NCBI GenBank assembly: GCA_965223205.1 | Contig: CBDCWB010000021.1 | Location: forward strand, 377-64,376 | Length of the DNA stretch: 64,000 nucleotides | Direction: 5' to 3' | From: Candidatus Eiseniibacteriota bacterium | GTDB taxonomy: Bacteria; Eisenbacteria; RBG-16-71-46; CAVPCR01; CBDCWB01 | Shown: in pieces, positions 1 to 10,019 of the stretch | How positions within the stretch are numbered: the first letter of the stretch is position 1 | How the letters are laid out: the number at the start of each line of letters is the position of its first letter | Made by a program: the position numbers and the translations under genes | The notes under the pieces: model-generated | What the model was told of the DNA's origin: nothing | Seen by the model: the letters and a program-made list of their open reading frames with translations, nothing else | Databases searched by the model: none

Positions 1-838
1 GACCGGCAGAGCGTTTCAACCAGGGAAGCATTTCGCCGTAGCAACGCACTTGATCACCACCACTCCCCGATGCGCGGTAGATCGCCGCGATGTATTCGGT
101 GAGGAGACGCCAGCGCGGGAAGATAAGCCGGCCGGCCCGCGTCGGGTCGTACCAGGCGATTGCCCCATGGGGATCGCGAAAATCGTAGACCCTTACGGAC
201 CTTCCATCGTGTTCTCTTTGAAGAAAGAGTTCGTCGGGGACTTCGTGGAAGCGCCCGTGGAGCGCGAGTTCGGCGAGCAGCGGCAGGTCGTGGCCCGGGA
301 AGCTGCCGAAGAGAGGTGTCTTCCGCAGAATCTCCGAGCGCATGAGGCCCCAAATGGGGTGGGTCTCAACCGGGGCGAGGGCCTCGCGGAACCGTAGATG
401 AACGGCAGCAGCGGCGAGTTCCGGCCGCGGCGGCCAGTCTTTGATCCTCTGTCCAGACGAGTCGATGGTACTGGCCCTCGGATAACTGAGAACCAGATCA
501 GGGTCCCCATCCAGGGCATGGACACACTTGCGCAGGAACTCCGGACAACAAACATCGTCATGTGCAGCCCACTTGAAGTACTCCCCGGTGGCCAAGAAGA
601 AGGTCCGGTTGTAGTTGGGGGCGGCGCCGACGTTGGTCTGGTTTCGGAAGTAGCGGACGCGGCGATCGCGATCGGCGTAGTCGCGGCAGATCTCCTCGGT
701 CCGATCAGTCGAGGCGTTGTCGGAGATGATGAGCTCCAGATCGGTAAAGGACTGGGCAAGCAGAGAATCCACCGCCTCGGCAAGAAAGCTTTCGCCGTTA
801 TAGACCGGCAGGCCAATACTGACCCTGGGAGTTCTCAT
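1..838 (-). CDS. GT2-family glycosyltransferase (runs off the left edge)
   Basis: Manual translation from ATG at 838: MRTPRVSIGLPVYNGESFLAEAVDSLLAQSFTDLELIISDNASTDRTEEIC, a classic GT2 N-terminus. ATGA overlap with the upstream stop. Not in the ORF track. Confidence 0.9.
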   Translation of the reverse strand, partial: MRTPRVSIGLPVYNGESFLAEAVDSLLAQSFTDLELIISDNASTDRTEEICRDYADRDRRVRYFRNQTNVGAAPNYNRTFFLATGEYFKWAAHDDVCCPEFLRKCVHALDGDPDLVLSYPRASTIDSSGQRIKDWPPRPELAAAAVHLRFREALAPVETHPIWGLMRSEILRKTPLFGSFPGHDLPLLAELALHGRFHEVPDELFLQREHDGRSVRVYDFRDPHGAIAWYDPTRAGRLIFPRWRLLTEYIAAIYRASGSGGDQVRCYGEMLPWLKRSAG

Positions 839-2031
839 GTCACCGCCCTTCCCCGGACGCGATTCGCGTCGCGAAGCGCGGTGTCGCACAGGTCGCCGAG
901 CACGGGGCGATAGTCGAAGAAATCCTTGGCAATCTCCCGCGCCGCGGCGCGATGCCGGACGTAGTCCCCGTCGGTCCTCTCAATGCAGTGCACTGCCTCG
1001 TCGAGTGACGAGAAGGCCATGAGTCCGCGGCCAGTCGGCAACCAGTCACTGAACCCGCTCTCCTGGAGGATGACTGGCAAGCCGGCGGCTAGATAACAAA
1101 CGCTGCGGTCGCTGAACCAACCGCTCCGCGATTCGACATAGGCGTGCTTGGCAACACTGAATTCACCGCGCGACCCGGCGATGTAGGCTTGATAGGTAGG
1201 AAAGTCGGCACTCACCGCCTCGGCTGACGAGATCAGCCATCCCGCCGATCTAAAACGTTCCTCGATATCCTGACCAGCACCCGAGAGTGCAACTTCGACT
1301 GGTCGCTCAATGCGACCGGGGAGGTCGATGATGCGGAGAAATTCCTCATCCTTCTGGCCATAGTGCCTGCCATCTTGAGAGATGGACTTGTATGCACTCC
1401 AGTTGGCAATGGTGGTGTAGGCCGCGTTTTTGCGGCCGTTGCCATCCGGATCCGGCGAGTCCGGAACCAGGTTCTCCCAGAGCTCGGGAACAACCGGCGG
1501 CGCCAACGGATGCCAGTGGACCGAGCCGGGCGGGATAGTGCAACCCGGTCGTCCAATGTTGGCGCCATAGCTGAAATGGACATGATGATCGTCGAGGATT
1601 TCGGCGCCGAAACGCCCCAGCTGAGTAAAGAGCGGATCCATGTCGATGAGGGCGCGGCGGCGCGCGTAGTTGAACTCCGGTAGCCAGGAGACACCACCGA
1701 TGTTGAGCAACAGGTCGGAAGCGCTCAACAGTGCCTTGGCCGCCGCCCAATCCGCGCCGTAGATTTCACCCTTGTCGCGATGGACAAAGCAGATCGGGAT
1801 ATCCAACTTGAAGTCTTTGAACAACGCTCGCACCCGGAGCAACCCGCTTCCTGGCTCATCCCGCCACTCGCGGGTTCCTGGGTCGTAACAGGAGTAAGGC
1901 CAGCCACTCTCCTCGAAGTACGCCACCTGGTGTCCGAGCCGCGAGAGTCCCAGCAGATAGTGCATGAAAGCGAGCAGATTGCCGGCCAGCGGGTAACGGA
2001 TCATGTAGCCGGTGACGACGATGCGTGCCAT
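835..2031 (-). CDS. Glycosyltransferase-like protein (GT-B type), paralog 1
   Basis: Likely start MARIVVTGYM at 2031, just after the ABC stop. Motifs YLLGLSRLGHQV, IDMDP, SRGEFSVAK and SGWFSDRSVCYLAAGLPV are shared with 6023-7219 and 7229-8380. Confidence 0.75.
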   Translation of the reverse strand: MARIVVTGYMIRYPLAGNLLAFMHYLLGLSRLGHQVAYFEESGWPYSCYDPGTREWRDEPGSGLLRVRALFKDFKLDIPICFVHRDKGEIYGADWAAAKALLSASDLLLNIGGVSWLPEFNYARRRALIDMDPLFTQLGRFGAEILDDHHVHFSYGANIGRPGCTIPPGSVHWHPLAPPVVPELWENLVPDSPDPDGNGRKNAAYTTIANWSAYKSISQDGRHYGQKDEEFLRIIDLPGRIERPVEVALSGAGQDIEERFRSAGWLISSAEAVSADFPTYQAYIAGSRGEFSVAKHAYVESRSGWFSDRSVCYLAAGLPVILQESGFSDWLPTGRGLMAFSSLDEAVHCIERTDGDYVRHRAAAREIAKDFFDYRPVLGDLCDTALRDANRVRGRAVT

Positions 2032-2032
2032 A

Positions 2033-3850
2033 TCAACACTCTGCCTTTCTCGCGAAAGCCCGATCGCCGCCGGACTGGATCCGGTGAAAGTGCGAGTAGC
2101 GTCCGCCGGCGTCGAGGAGTTGCCGGTGGCTCCCCGTCTCCACCACCCGACCCTCATCGATCACCACGATCCGCTCCGCACGCCGGATCGTCGACAGACG
2201 GTGGGCGATGATGAACGTCGTCCGGCCCGCCATCAGCCGCTCCAGCGCCCCAAGCAACAGCGTCTCGGTCTCTGCGTCCAACGCCGACGTCGGCTCGTCC
2301 AAGATCAACACCGGCGCGTCCTTCAGAAAGGCGCGGGCAATCGCCAGGCGCTGCTGCTCGCCTCCCGAAAGTGTCGCCCCGCGCTCGCCGACTACCGTTT
2401 CGTAGCCCCCTGGCAGCCGCCCGATGAAACCGTCGGCGTTGGCAGCTCTGGCCGCCGCAACGATCGACGCGCCAGCCGCGCCCGGACGACCGTAGGCAAT
2501 GTTGTCGGCGATGGAGAGCGGCAGGAGGTAGGGCTCCTGCAGCACCAGCGCCACCTGATTGCGCAGGCTCGACAGTTGCAAGTCGCGCAGGTCATGCCCG
2601 TCAAAGGTCACACGCCCCTCCCAAGGATCGAAGAAGCGCGGAACGAGGGAAACCAAAGTGCTCTTGCCGGCGCCGGTAGTCCCGACCAGGGCAATGGTCT
2701 CGCCCGACTGCGCCTCCAGCGTGATCTCGTGAAGGACCGGACGACCTACCTCGTAGCCGAAGGTGACGCCTTCCAAGCGCACGTGGCCACGCTCTCGCGC
2801 TGCGCGCCGGGGCAACGGCTTCGCGCCCGGTCTCTCCTCTAACCCAGCCCCCGCATCCAATATGCTGAACACCCGGCGGGCGCCGGCGGCGGCGGTGGCG
2901 AACCCCGAAGAGAGATAGGCCAGGACTTCGAGCGGCGCGTAGAGACTCACCAAGTAAGAGAGGAACACGATCAAACTGCCGACCGAGAGCGATCCACGGA
3001 GCACGTGGATACCACCGATCGCCATAATCACCGCCGCGCCGGCTGCGGTCGCCGCCTTGGTCCCCACTCTGAACTGGAGCTGCGCGACAAGGGCACGCAG
3101 ATAGGCCTGTACAGTGCGCCCTGAGAGGCGCCTGAATCGCTCGTCCTCATACGACTCGCGACCGAACGCCTGGACCAATGGGAGCGCGGTCAGGGTTTGC
3201 TCGGCGAGAGACATGATCTCGCCTTCGAGTTCCATCTGCTCGAATGAGCGCTCGCTCATCGGTCGCGAGCAAATCCTGATCAGCACGCCGATAGGAATGG
3301 CCACCAACAGGGTGAGCAGCGACAACACGGGGTCCAATCGCCACATGATCACGAGCATGCTGACCACGGCCGCCAGCGAGGTGACAACGGCGAGAAAGAC
3401 ACCGATCACTAGGTCTCTCACACACTTGGTGTCATGGGTGATCCGCCGCACCAGATCGCCGACGTGATGGCGCCGGTGGAAGCGAAGAGAAAGTTGCTGC
3501 AGCTGGTCGAAGAGATCGGCACCCAGGTCGTAGACCATCCTACAGCCAACTCCCGCTTGCAGATAATCCTGCAACGTGGTGATGCCACGCCGCGCGAGGA
3601 AGAGGAGAACGGTCGCACCGACGAGCCAACCGAGGAGGACGTAGGCCGACGACCCGCCGGGTAAGCTGCCGATCCACGCAACCGCGTCGGGCAGGGGTTT
3701 TGCGACCAGCACATGGTCGACCAGCAACTTCAGTGGCCAGGGATTAAGCAACTCGACGCCCACACCTAAGAGCATCAGCGCGGCGAGGGCGATGAGCCCG
3801 CGGCTCTGAGGGCGGGCGTAGTCCGTGAGTCGCCGCCACCACGCCCTCAT
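2033..3850 (-). CDS. ABC exporter, fused TMD-NBD (MsbA-like)
   Basis: Hydrophobic N-terminal half; Walker A GTTGAGKST; signature LSGGEQQR; Walker B LILDEPTS; IAHRLST. Confidence 0.95.
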   Translation of the reverse strand: MRAWWRRLTDYARPQSRGLIALAALMLLGVGVELLNPWPLKLLVDHVLVAKPLPDAVAWIGSLPGGSSAYVLLGWLVGATVLLFLARRGITTLQDYLQAGVGCRMVYDLGADLFDQLQQLSLRFHRRHHVGDLVRRITHDTKCVRDLVIGVFLAVVTSLAAVVSMLVIMWRLDPVLSLLTLLVAIPIGVLIRICSRPMSERSFEQMELEGEIMSLAEQTLTALPLVQAFGRESYEDERFRRLSGRTVQAYLRALVAQLQFRVGTKAATAAGAAVIMAIGGIHVLRGSLSVGSLIVFLSYLVSLYAPLEVLAYLSSGFATAAAGARRVFSILDAGAGLEERPGAKPLPRRAARERGHVRLEGVTFGYEVGRPVLHEITLEAQSGETIALVGTTGAGKSTLVSLVPRFFDPWEGRVTFDGHDLRDLQLSSLRNQVALVLQEPYLLPLSIADNIAYGRPGAAGASIVAAARAANADGFIGRLPGGYETVVGERGATLSGGEQQRLAIARAFLKDAPVLILDEPTSALDAETETLLLGALERLMAGRTTFIIAHRLSTIRRAERIVVIDEGRVVETGSHRQLLDAGGRYSHFHRIQSGGDRAFARKAEC

Positions 3851-4630
3851 GCCACTACCTCCCCGTCGTGGACTTGCTGGTTATGAAAGTGCGAGTAGCG
3901 TCCGCCGGCGTCGAGGAGTTGCCGGTGGCTCCCCGTCTCCACCACCCGACCCTCATCGATCACCACGATCCGCTCCGCGCGCCGGATCGTCGACAGACGG
4001 TGGGCGATGATGAACGTCGTCCGGCCCGCCATCAGCCGCTCCAGCGCCCCAAGCAACAGCGTCTCGGTCTCTGCGTCCAACGCCGACGTCGGCTCGTCCA
4101 AGATCAACACCGGCGCGTCCTTCAGAAAGGCGCGGGCAATCGCCAGGCGCTGCTGCTCGCCTCCCGAAAGTGTCGCCCCGCGCTCGCCGACTACCGTCTC
4201 GTAGCCCCCTGGCAGCCGCCCGATGAAACCGTCGGCGTTGGCAGCTCTGGCCGCCGCAACGATCGACGCGCCAGCCGCGCCCGGACGACCGTAGGCAATG
4301 TTGTCGGCGATGGAGAGCGGCAGGAGGTAGGGCTCCTGCAGCACCAGCGCCACCTGATTGCGCAGGCTCGACAGTTGCAAGTCGCGCAGGTCATGCCCGT
4401 CAAAGGTCACCCGCCCCTCCCAAGGATCGAAGAAGCGCGGAACGAGGGAAACCAAAGTGCTCTTGCCGGCGCCGGTAGTCCCGACCAGGGCAATGGTCTC
4501 GCCCGACTGCGCCTCCAGCGTGATCTCGTGAAGGACCGGACGACCTACCTCGTAGCCGAAGGTGACGCCTTCCAAGCGCACGTGGCCACGCTCTCGCGCT
4601 GCGCGCCGGGGCAACGGCTTCGCGCCCGGT
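2085..4630. repeat. Near-identical ~750 bp direct repeat (2085-2831 and 3884-4630) covering both ABC ATPase domains
   Basis: Direct comparison at offset 1799 shows only a few substitutions. Confidence 0.95.
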
Positions 4631-5718
4631 CGCTCCTCCAATCCAGCGCCCGCATCCAGTATGCTGAGCACGCGATCGATGCTCGCCTCAATCGATTTGA
4701 GTTTCCCGTAGGTACCCATGAGGCTCTGCGATGAGTACTGGATGGTGCGCGCGTAGGCTAGAAAGACCAGCAGGCCACCGACCGAGAGCGCTCCCGACAT
4801 CACTCTCGTACCACCGATGTAAAGGATGATGGCGATGCTGAGCGTTGTAGCGATACCGTTCACCAGTCCGAAACAGCTGTTCAGCAAAGCGCGGCGTTGC
4901 GACTCGGCGGTCGCCTGCGCCGCCAGGTCGCGGAACCGCGCAGCGTTTCGCTGTCCGGTGTCGAAAGCCTGGACCACCGGGATGGCACTCAGGGTCTGGT
5001 GGACAAAGCTGAGCAGCGAGGACATCGTCTCGATAGACCGGCGCGCCCGCCGCTGCAGCCGCGGGCCAAAGAAAAGCGAGGATGCCGCCAGCAACGGCGC
5101 TACTAGGAACGAGACGGTCGTCAGCCACGGATCGAGGCTCCAGGCAACGGCGCCGACCGTGGCGAGAGTGAGGAGCTGGCGACCGGGAGAGACAAGCAGA
5201 AGCTCCATCAATGTGAAAACGCAGGAGGTGTCCTCGGTCAGCCGGCTCAGCGAGTCGCCGACTGGACGGCGAGCATGAAACTGCAGCGATAGTCGCTGCA
5301 GGCGATGAAAAAGATCAGCGGCGAGGCCGTAGACCATGCGCTGCCCCGACCCAGCCCAGGCCAAGCTGAGCGCGACATCAACCGCGCTGTTCAGAGCGAA
5401 GAGAACAAGGCTCGCTACTGCCGCCACGGCAACAAGCACCATCGGCGTCGGGTTCAAGCTGAGGAGTTCAAGAACAGAACGCAGCGGTCCCGGAAGCGCC
5501 ACGTCACTGAGCGCGTAGTCGATCAAGATCTTGAGCGGCCACGGCTCGAGTGCGACTAGTGCCGAGACTGCAACCGTGAGTCCAAAGATGACCAGCAACC
5601 CCCGCCACTCGCGGTGTGCGTAGTGGCGAAGTCGTAGATACTTGCTCATCATTGGGATCGCGGACGCTGAGTGAGGTTGCTCAGAGATCGGTGGCTCCCC
5701 GGGGAAAAAGGAGTCCAT
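3847..5718 (-). CDS. ABC exporter, fused TMD-NBD (probable heterodimer partner)
   Basis: Same NBD motifs; stop overlaps the start of 2033-3850. Confidence 0.95.
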   Translation of the reverse strand: MDSFFPGEPPISEQPHSASAIPMMSKYLRLRHYAHREWRGLLVIFGLTVAVSALVALEPWPLKILIDYALSDVALPGPLRSVLELLSLNPTPMVLVAVAAVASLVLFALNSAVDVALSLAWAGSGQRMVYGLAADLFHRLQRLSLQFHARRPVGDSLSRLTEDTSCVFTLMELLLVSPGRQLLTLATVGAVAWSLDPWLTTVSFLVAPLLAASSLFFGPRLQRRARRSIETMSSLLSFVHQTLSAIPVVQAFDTGQRNAARFRDLAAQATAESQRRALLNSCFGLVNGIATTLSIAIILYIGGTRVMSGALSVGGLLVFLAYARTIQYSSQSLMGTYGKLKSIEASIDRVLSILDAGAGLEERPGAKPLPRRAARERGHVRLEGVTFGYEVGRPVLHEITLEAQSGETIALVGTTGAGKSTLVSLVPRFFDPWEGRVTFDGHDLRDLQLSSLRNQVALVLQEPYLLPLSIADNIAYGRPGAAGASIVAAARAANADGFIGRLPGGYETVVGERGATLSGGEQQRLAIARAFLKDAPVLILDEPTSALDAETETLLLGALERLMAGRTTFIIAHRLSTIRRAERIVVIDEGRVVETGSHRQLLDAGGRYSHFHNQQVHDGEVVA

Positions 5719-6022
5719 GCCCGCGCGTGAAACCGCGGAGGCCGTTGCGGCGAGCTGATCGTTGCCTGGCGGCGCCGGGATTTACGTCGAGGACTGGGGA
5801 AGGACCTTCAGTTGCCGTTCTCAGATGTTCTGACCTAGTAATGGCCGGCAACCAGAATGGCTGTGGTCCTTAGTTGTCGAGCAACATTGATTCTACCACA
5901 GTTGGCGCGCTCAAGCGGAGCAGGGATGGGCACTCGGTCGCCTCGGCGGGCGAGATTTGTTGTGGGCGAACGAGCAATTGGGGAACTTGCCCCAGCCGCA
6001 GGGCTTCATGCCCTGGTCAACG

Positions 6023-7219
6023 CTAGGAGACGGAGAGCGCCCCGTCAATCAACTCAGCTAGCACGCGGTCTGAGTTGAAGTGCGCTCCCGCGATGTCGCG
6101 TGCCGCTCCGGTGTGGCGCGCGTAGTCGGCCTCCACCACCCGGATGGCGTCGGCGGCCTGCTCGACGCTGGTGAAGGCCAGGACGCCTTCGCCGACCGGC
6201 AGCAGCGACGAAAACCCCGTGTCTTGGACGACCACAGGCCTACCGGCGGCGAGGTAACAGGCCGAGCGGCAGCTGAACCAGCCACTCCGCAAAGCGACGT
6301 AGATCTGTTTGGCCGTAGACACTTCTCCGCGAGAGCGGGCTAGAAAGTCCTGATAGCGGCCAGGCGTTAAGCTCACGGTCGGTCCGTCGACGACGCTCCA
6401 ACCGCAGTTCGCTAGCTGATCGAGCGGCGGGTTAACGCCGCCCACAGCGACCTGCAGCGGCACGTCCATCTGACCTGGCAAGTCAGCCAGTTTCTCGAAC
6501 TCGGCGCCCTTGCTCTTGTATTCGACACCGCGGTAAACCACCGGGCCCTTGAAGGCGTTCCAAGTCATAACAGTGGTCCAAAAGGCACCCTCGGGCGGAA
6601 TAGAACCGGCAATCCGGTCCCACAGACTCAGGACGACCGGCATCCTGGTCGTCTGCCAGTCGAAACCCACCTTCGGGATGCGGCAATCGTCACCGTCGAT
6701 GTTCTCACCATAGGTGAAGTGCCGGTCATGCGCCTCGACCAATGCGCACCATCGTTCCACATTCTCTGACCAGCCAAAGCGCTCGCTGAGCATAATCTGA
6801 TTGTAGCCAGGATCAGTATCCAGGAAGACCTTTGTGCAACCTGGCGAAAGCGCGTCGGGCAACATGCACGATCCACTAACGTTGATAAACAGGTCAGCGG
6901 TTTCGGCGATTGCCTCAAATGCCGCAGAGTCCATCCCGTAGCTTGTTTCGTGCAGATGCAAGTAGTGCCAGTGATTGTTGAGCTCCGGCGCGTAACGACT
7001 GAAGAAGCCGCCGATGAAGTTCGCCGAGTAGTCACCCGCGTCGGTAGCCGTCTGGCGGATGGGGTGGTAGGGCCAGCTCCACGTGTCCTCGTGGTAGTAG
7101 ACATCGTGACCGAGCCGCGCTAGCCCGATCACGTACTGCAAGTAGTCCCAGGCGACGCCGCCGACGGGATGCAGGCCAGCGAGTCCAGCTACGATGATGC
7201 GAAGCGAGGAGGCACTCAT
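6023..7219 (-). CDS. Glycosyltransferase-like protein, paralog 2
   Basis: YVIGLARLGHDV, FLDTDPG, SRGEVSTAK, SGWFSCRSACYLAAGRPV. Confidence 0.75.
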   Translation of the reverse strand: MSASSLRIIVAGLAGLHPVGGVAWDYLQYVIGLARLGHDVYYHEDTWSWPYHPIRQTATDAGDYSANFIGGFFSRYAPELNNHWHYLHLHETSYGMDSAAFEAIAETADLFINVSGSCMLPDALSPGCTKVFLDTDPGYNQIMLSERFGWSENVERWCALVEAHDRHFTYGENIDGDDCRIPKVGFDWQTTRMPVVLSLWDRIAGSIPPEGAFWTTVMTWNAFKGPVVYRGVEYKSKGAEFEKLADLPGQMDVPLQVAVGGVNPPLDQLANCGWSVVDGPTVSLTPGRYQDFLARSRGEVSTAKQIYVALRSGWFSCRSACYLAAGRPVVVQDTGFSSLLPVGEGVLAFTSVEQAADAIRVVEADYARHTGAARDIAGAHFNSDRVLAELIDGALSVS

Positions 7220-7228
7220 CCGGCCATC

Positions 7229-8380
7229 CTAGCTGAGGGCCTGCTCGAGCACCCGCCCGACCACCCCGCGCGCTCCGAAGTGCTCCTCGGCGAGGGCGCG
7301 CGCGGAGCGGGAATGTCGCTCATAGTCGGTCGTCACCAGCTCCAAACAGCGTACCGCCTCGTCCAAATCAGCGAAGCGGAAGAGACCGTCACCATGAGGC
7401 AAGATGCGGCTCGGCCCCGTATGCTGGACGATCGCCGGTTTGCCACTGGCCAAGTAACAAATGGTCCGGTCGCTGATCCAGGCATTCTGGAAGCGAACGC
7501 ATGAGGGTTTTACACAGCTAAACTCCCCGCGCGACTCTTGAACGTACTTCTGATACGACTGCGGATCTGATGAGACTTCCCAGGCATGACGGACCGCCCA
7601 ACCGCAACGGCGCAGCATCGCCCACTCTTCTTCATCCTCTGGCGCCAGACAGAGTGCCAGCTCCAGGGGTTGCTTGACACGCTTCGGTAGATCGAGGAAT
7701 GGCAAGAAGCCGCTTCGCTTGTCATTGAGATAAACCTCGCCCGCCTCCTCCACCCACTCGCCGGCGTGCCAATGGGTCACCGTGGTGAAGGGTGCCTGGT
7801 CCGGCGCGCCGCGCGCCGGCCAGTAGTCAAGCGCCACGCAGGGCGTAGTGTGCAGCCACCTGAGGCCACAGTCCGGGAATCGGGCTCCAGGCTGTCCGAC
7901 GGTCTCGCCGGTGCTGAAGTAGAGATCATGGGGAGCGACATACACCTGCGCGCGGTGGATCCAAGTCTGCAGCAGTCCCGGATCGATGTCGATGAGGGCC
8001 CGGCGCCTGAAGCGGCCAACCACCGCCGCCGGAATCCCGTAGGCCAGGTTAAGAAGGAGATCAGCCTCGGCCGCCGCGGCAAGGTCCAGGCAACCTGCCG
8101 TCAGCTCATCCGGCAACGGCTCGCCCGACCAGGAGCAAAGAGCGACGGATTCGGCCAGCGCGTAGGGCTCGAGAGTTTGCTTGAGGGCGGCAACGCGCGC
8201 GAGCACGTCGGGCTCCGTCGCAGTTGGCGTGATCGCCTCGAGCCAGATGACGCGGCAGCCATTCGCTTGCAACCCGAGGGCCCAGTTTAGGTAAACCCAG
8301 AAATGACCACCACCATTTAAGTAGTGCAAAGTCTTTGCGCAGAGACAGACCGTAGTGCTCAAGGGATTCCTAGGGATCAA
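7229..8380 (-). CDS. Glycosyltransferase-like protein, paralog 3
   Basis: WALGLQANGCRV, IDIDPG, SRGEFSCVK, WISDRTICYLASGKP. Confidence 0.75.
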   Translation of the reverse strand: MIPRNPLSTTVCLCAKTLHYLNGGGHFWVYLNWALGLQANGCRVIWLEAITPTATEPDVLARVAALKQTLEPYALAESVALCSWSGEPLPDELTAGCLDLAAAAEADLLLNLAYGIPAAVVGRFRRRALIDIDPGLLQTWIHRAQVYVAPHDLYFSTGETVGQPGARFPDCGLRWLHTTPCVALDYWPARGAPDQAPFTTVTHWHAGEWVEEAGEVYLNDKRSGFLPFLDLPKRVKQPLELALCLAPEDEEEWAMLRRCGWAVRHAWEVSSDPQSYQKYVQESRGEFSCVKPSCVRFQNAWISDRTICYLASGKPAIVQHTGPSRILPHGDGLFRFADLDEAVRCLELVTTDYERHSRSARALAEEHFGARGVVGRVLEQALS

Positions 8381-10019
8381 CCGCGCCCTGGCCGAGATGC
8401 TCCATCACCTTGGCGTTCTGCTTCAGCTCTTCGAGCACCGCCTCGGCGATGAGCTGGTACCCTGCCGCGTTGGTATGCCAGCCATCGGCCTGCATGTACA
8501 TCTCGCCGAACGTGTCGATCGGCCGGTAAAGGTGGCCCCCCACATTCGGCCGGTGGGTGGTGAAGCGGCGGATCTCGGGGATGTCGAGCCCCTCCCACTT
8601 TCCAGCCTCTCCACTGTTGGTGTAGACATAGAAGAAGGTGGAGTCCGCCGGCAAACTCGCGGTGTACGACCAGACCCAGTCACCGGCGCGCTGGTCGCCG
8701 TGCGTACCGTCGTCATACATGGCGATACGGTTGGGCTCGGCATCCCCCAGCTCGGTGTGCGTGCCTGAGATGTACATGGCGCTCGAGACCCGGTAGTCAC
8801 CGGCGAAGACACGAAAAATCACCTTCACCTCGTCGGCCGTGCCGACCACGCCGCCAATTGGCTCGGTCACGAGGTCGAGCCTCTCCTCGACTTGTCGCTC
8901 CAAGGCGATCCGGCCTTGGTCGATCAAGACTTTGCTGTCGAGAAATTGGACCTCCTCCTCCTCGGCGACGCGCCGCACGGATTGTCGATAGGCCGTGTCC
9001 CAAAGCTCGTTGAACAGAAGGATCACGCCGATGCCCCGGCTGCGCGCCAACCCGATCATCTCCCTAAGGTTCTCTTCGTAGTTCGGGGGCGAAACCCGCG
9101 TGTATTCTTCGAGCACCTCGTAGTTCGCGGACTCGTTGCCAACGCCACCGAACCAGGCCTCGTCCGGAGTCCCGGCCGAAGCTGCCAGCTTTTGCATGTA
9201 ATCACCGATCGACCAGGATCGGTACCTGATGATCAGCGCCACGTATCGCAGGAGCCGATAGCACTCTGCCTTCTCGAGGACGCCGCCGACCCGCTCTGAG
9301 ATCGACTTGCCCGGCGGCGGCCCCTGGTTCCCAAACCAGTCTTTGTCCCGCCATCCGGCGACGTTGGCGTCGTTCATGGCGAAGCCGATCAGGAGTAGGT
9401 CAGGCTCCAGGTCGAGCGCCACTCTCTTGAGCAATTCGAGACCTTGATAGGAGGAGTAGCCGAGGACGCCGAGGTTCAGAATCTCGAAACCGGAGTCTGG
9501 GAACTCATCTTTCACAAGGGTGCGGAGGCGCTCGGGATAGGCCTCCTGCTGGTCGACGTTGGCTCCGAAGGTCCAAGAATCACCCAGGCAGATAGTGCGG
9601 AAGGCGGCAGCAGGCTTCATCTTCGGAAGCTCGTCCTCGCGGAAGCCAGCTGAGTTGGTCTTGACCTCCCAGACCGGGTTGTCGCGGAGCGAGGCTGGAA
9701 TCTTAGGAATGAAGGAGCGAAGAAGCCGGGTACGATCGGCCTCGACGTGGACCGGGCTGTACACATCCAGATATCGTCGGTGGACGTTGGCTCGGGTCCT
9801 CCATGACATGATCGGGTCGGGCTCGAGGATCCGCACCGCGTCCATCCACGGGGGGAGAGGCCCAAAATCCTGCGCCGCCTTGTAGGGCAGGACAACGTAC
9901 TCGACCTGCGCGTTGCGGACCGCGTAAGCGATTCTCACGACGATCTCGGCGATGGAGAAGAAAACCAGGGTGGAGACGAGTCCTTTGGCTACTTCCTTAA
10001 GAACTCGTCCGCCTCTCAT
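8370..10019 (-). CDS. SGNH/GDSL hydrolase (acyltransferase/esterase) with N-terminal anchor and an inserted beta domain
   Basis: LGDSWTFG (block I), NLGVLGY (II), FAMND (III), DGWHTN (V). Insert contains MYDDGTHGDQRAGDWVWSY. Confidence 0.85.
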   Translation of the reverse strand: MRGGRVLKEVAKGLVSTLVFFSIAEIVVRIAYAVRNAQVEYVVLPYKAAQDFGPLPPWMDAVRILEPDPIMSWRTRANVHRRYLDVYSPVHVEADRTRLLRSFIPKIPASLRDNPVWEVKTNSAGFREDELPKMKPAAAFRTICLGDSWTFGANVDQQEAYPERLRTLVKDEFPDSGFEILNLGVLGYSSYQGLELLKRVALDLEPDLLLIGFAMNDANVAGWRDKDWFGNQGPPPGKSISERVGGVLEKAECYRLLRYVALIIRYRSWSIGDYMQKLAASAGTPDEAWFGGVGNESANYEVLEEYTRVSPPNYEENLREMIGLARSRGIGVILLFNELWDTAYRQSVRRVAEEEEVQFLDSKVLIDQGRIALERQVEERLDLVTEPIGGVVGTADEVKVIFRVFAGDYRVSSAMYISGTHTELGDAEPNRIAMYDDGTHGDQRAGDWVWSYTASLPADSTFFYVYTNSGEAGKWEGLDIPEIRRFTTHRPNVGGHLYRPIDTFGEMYMQADGWHTNAAGYQLIAEAVLEELKQNAKVMEHLGQGAVDP

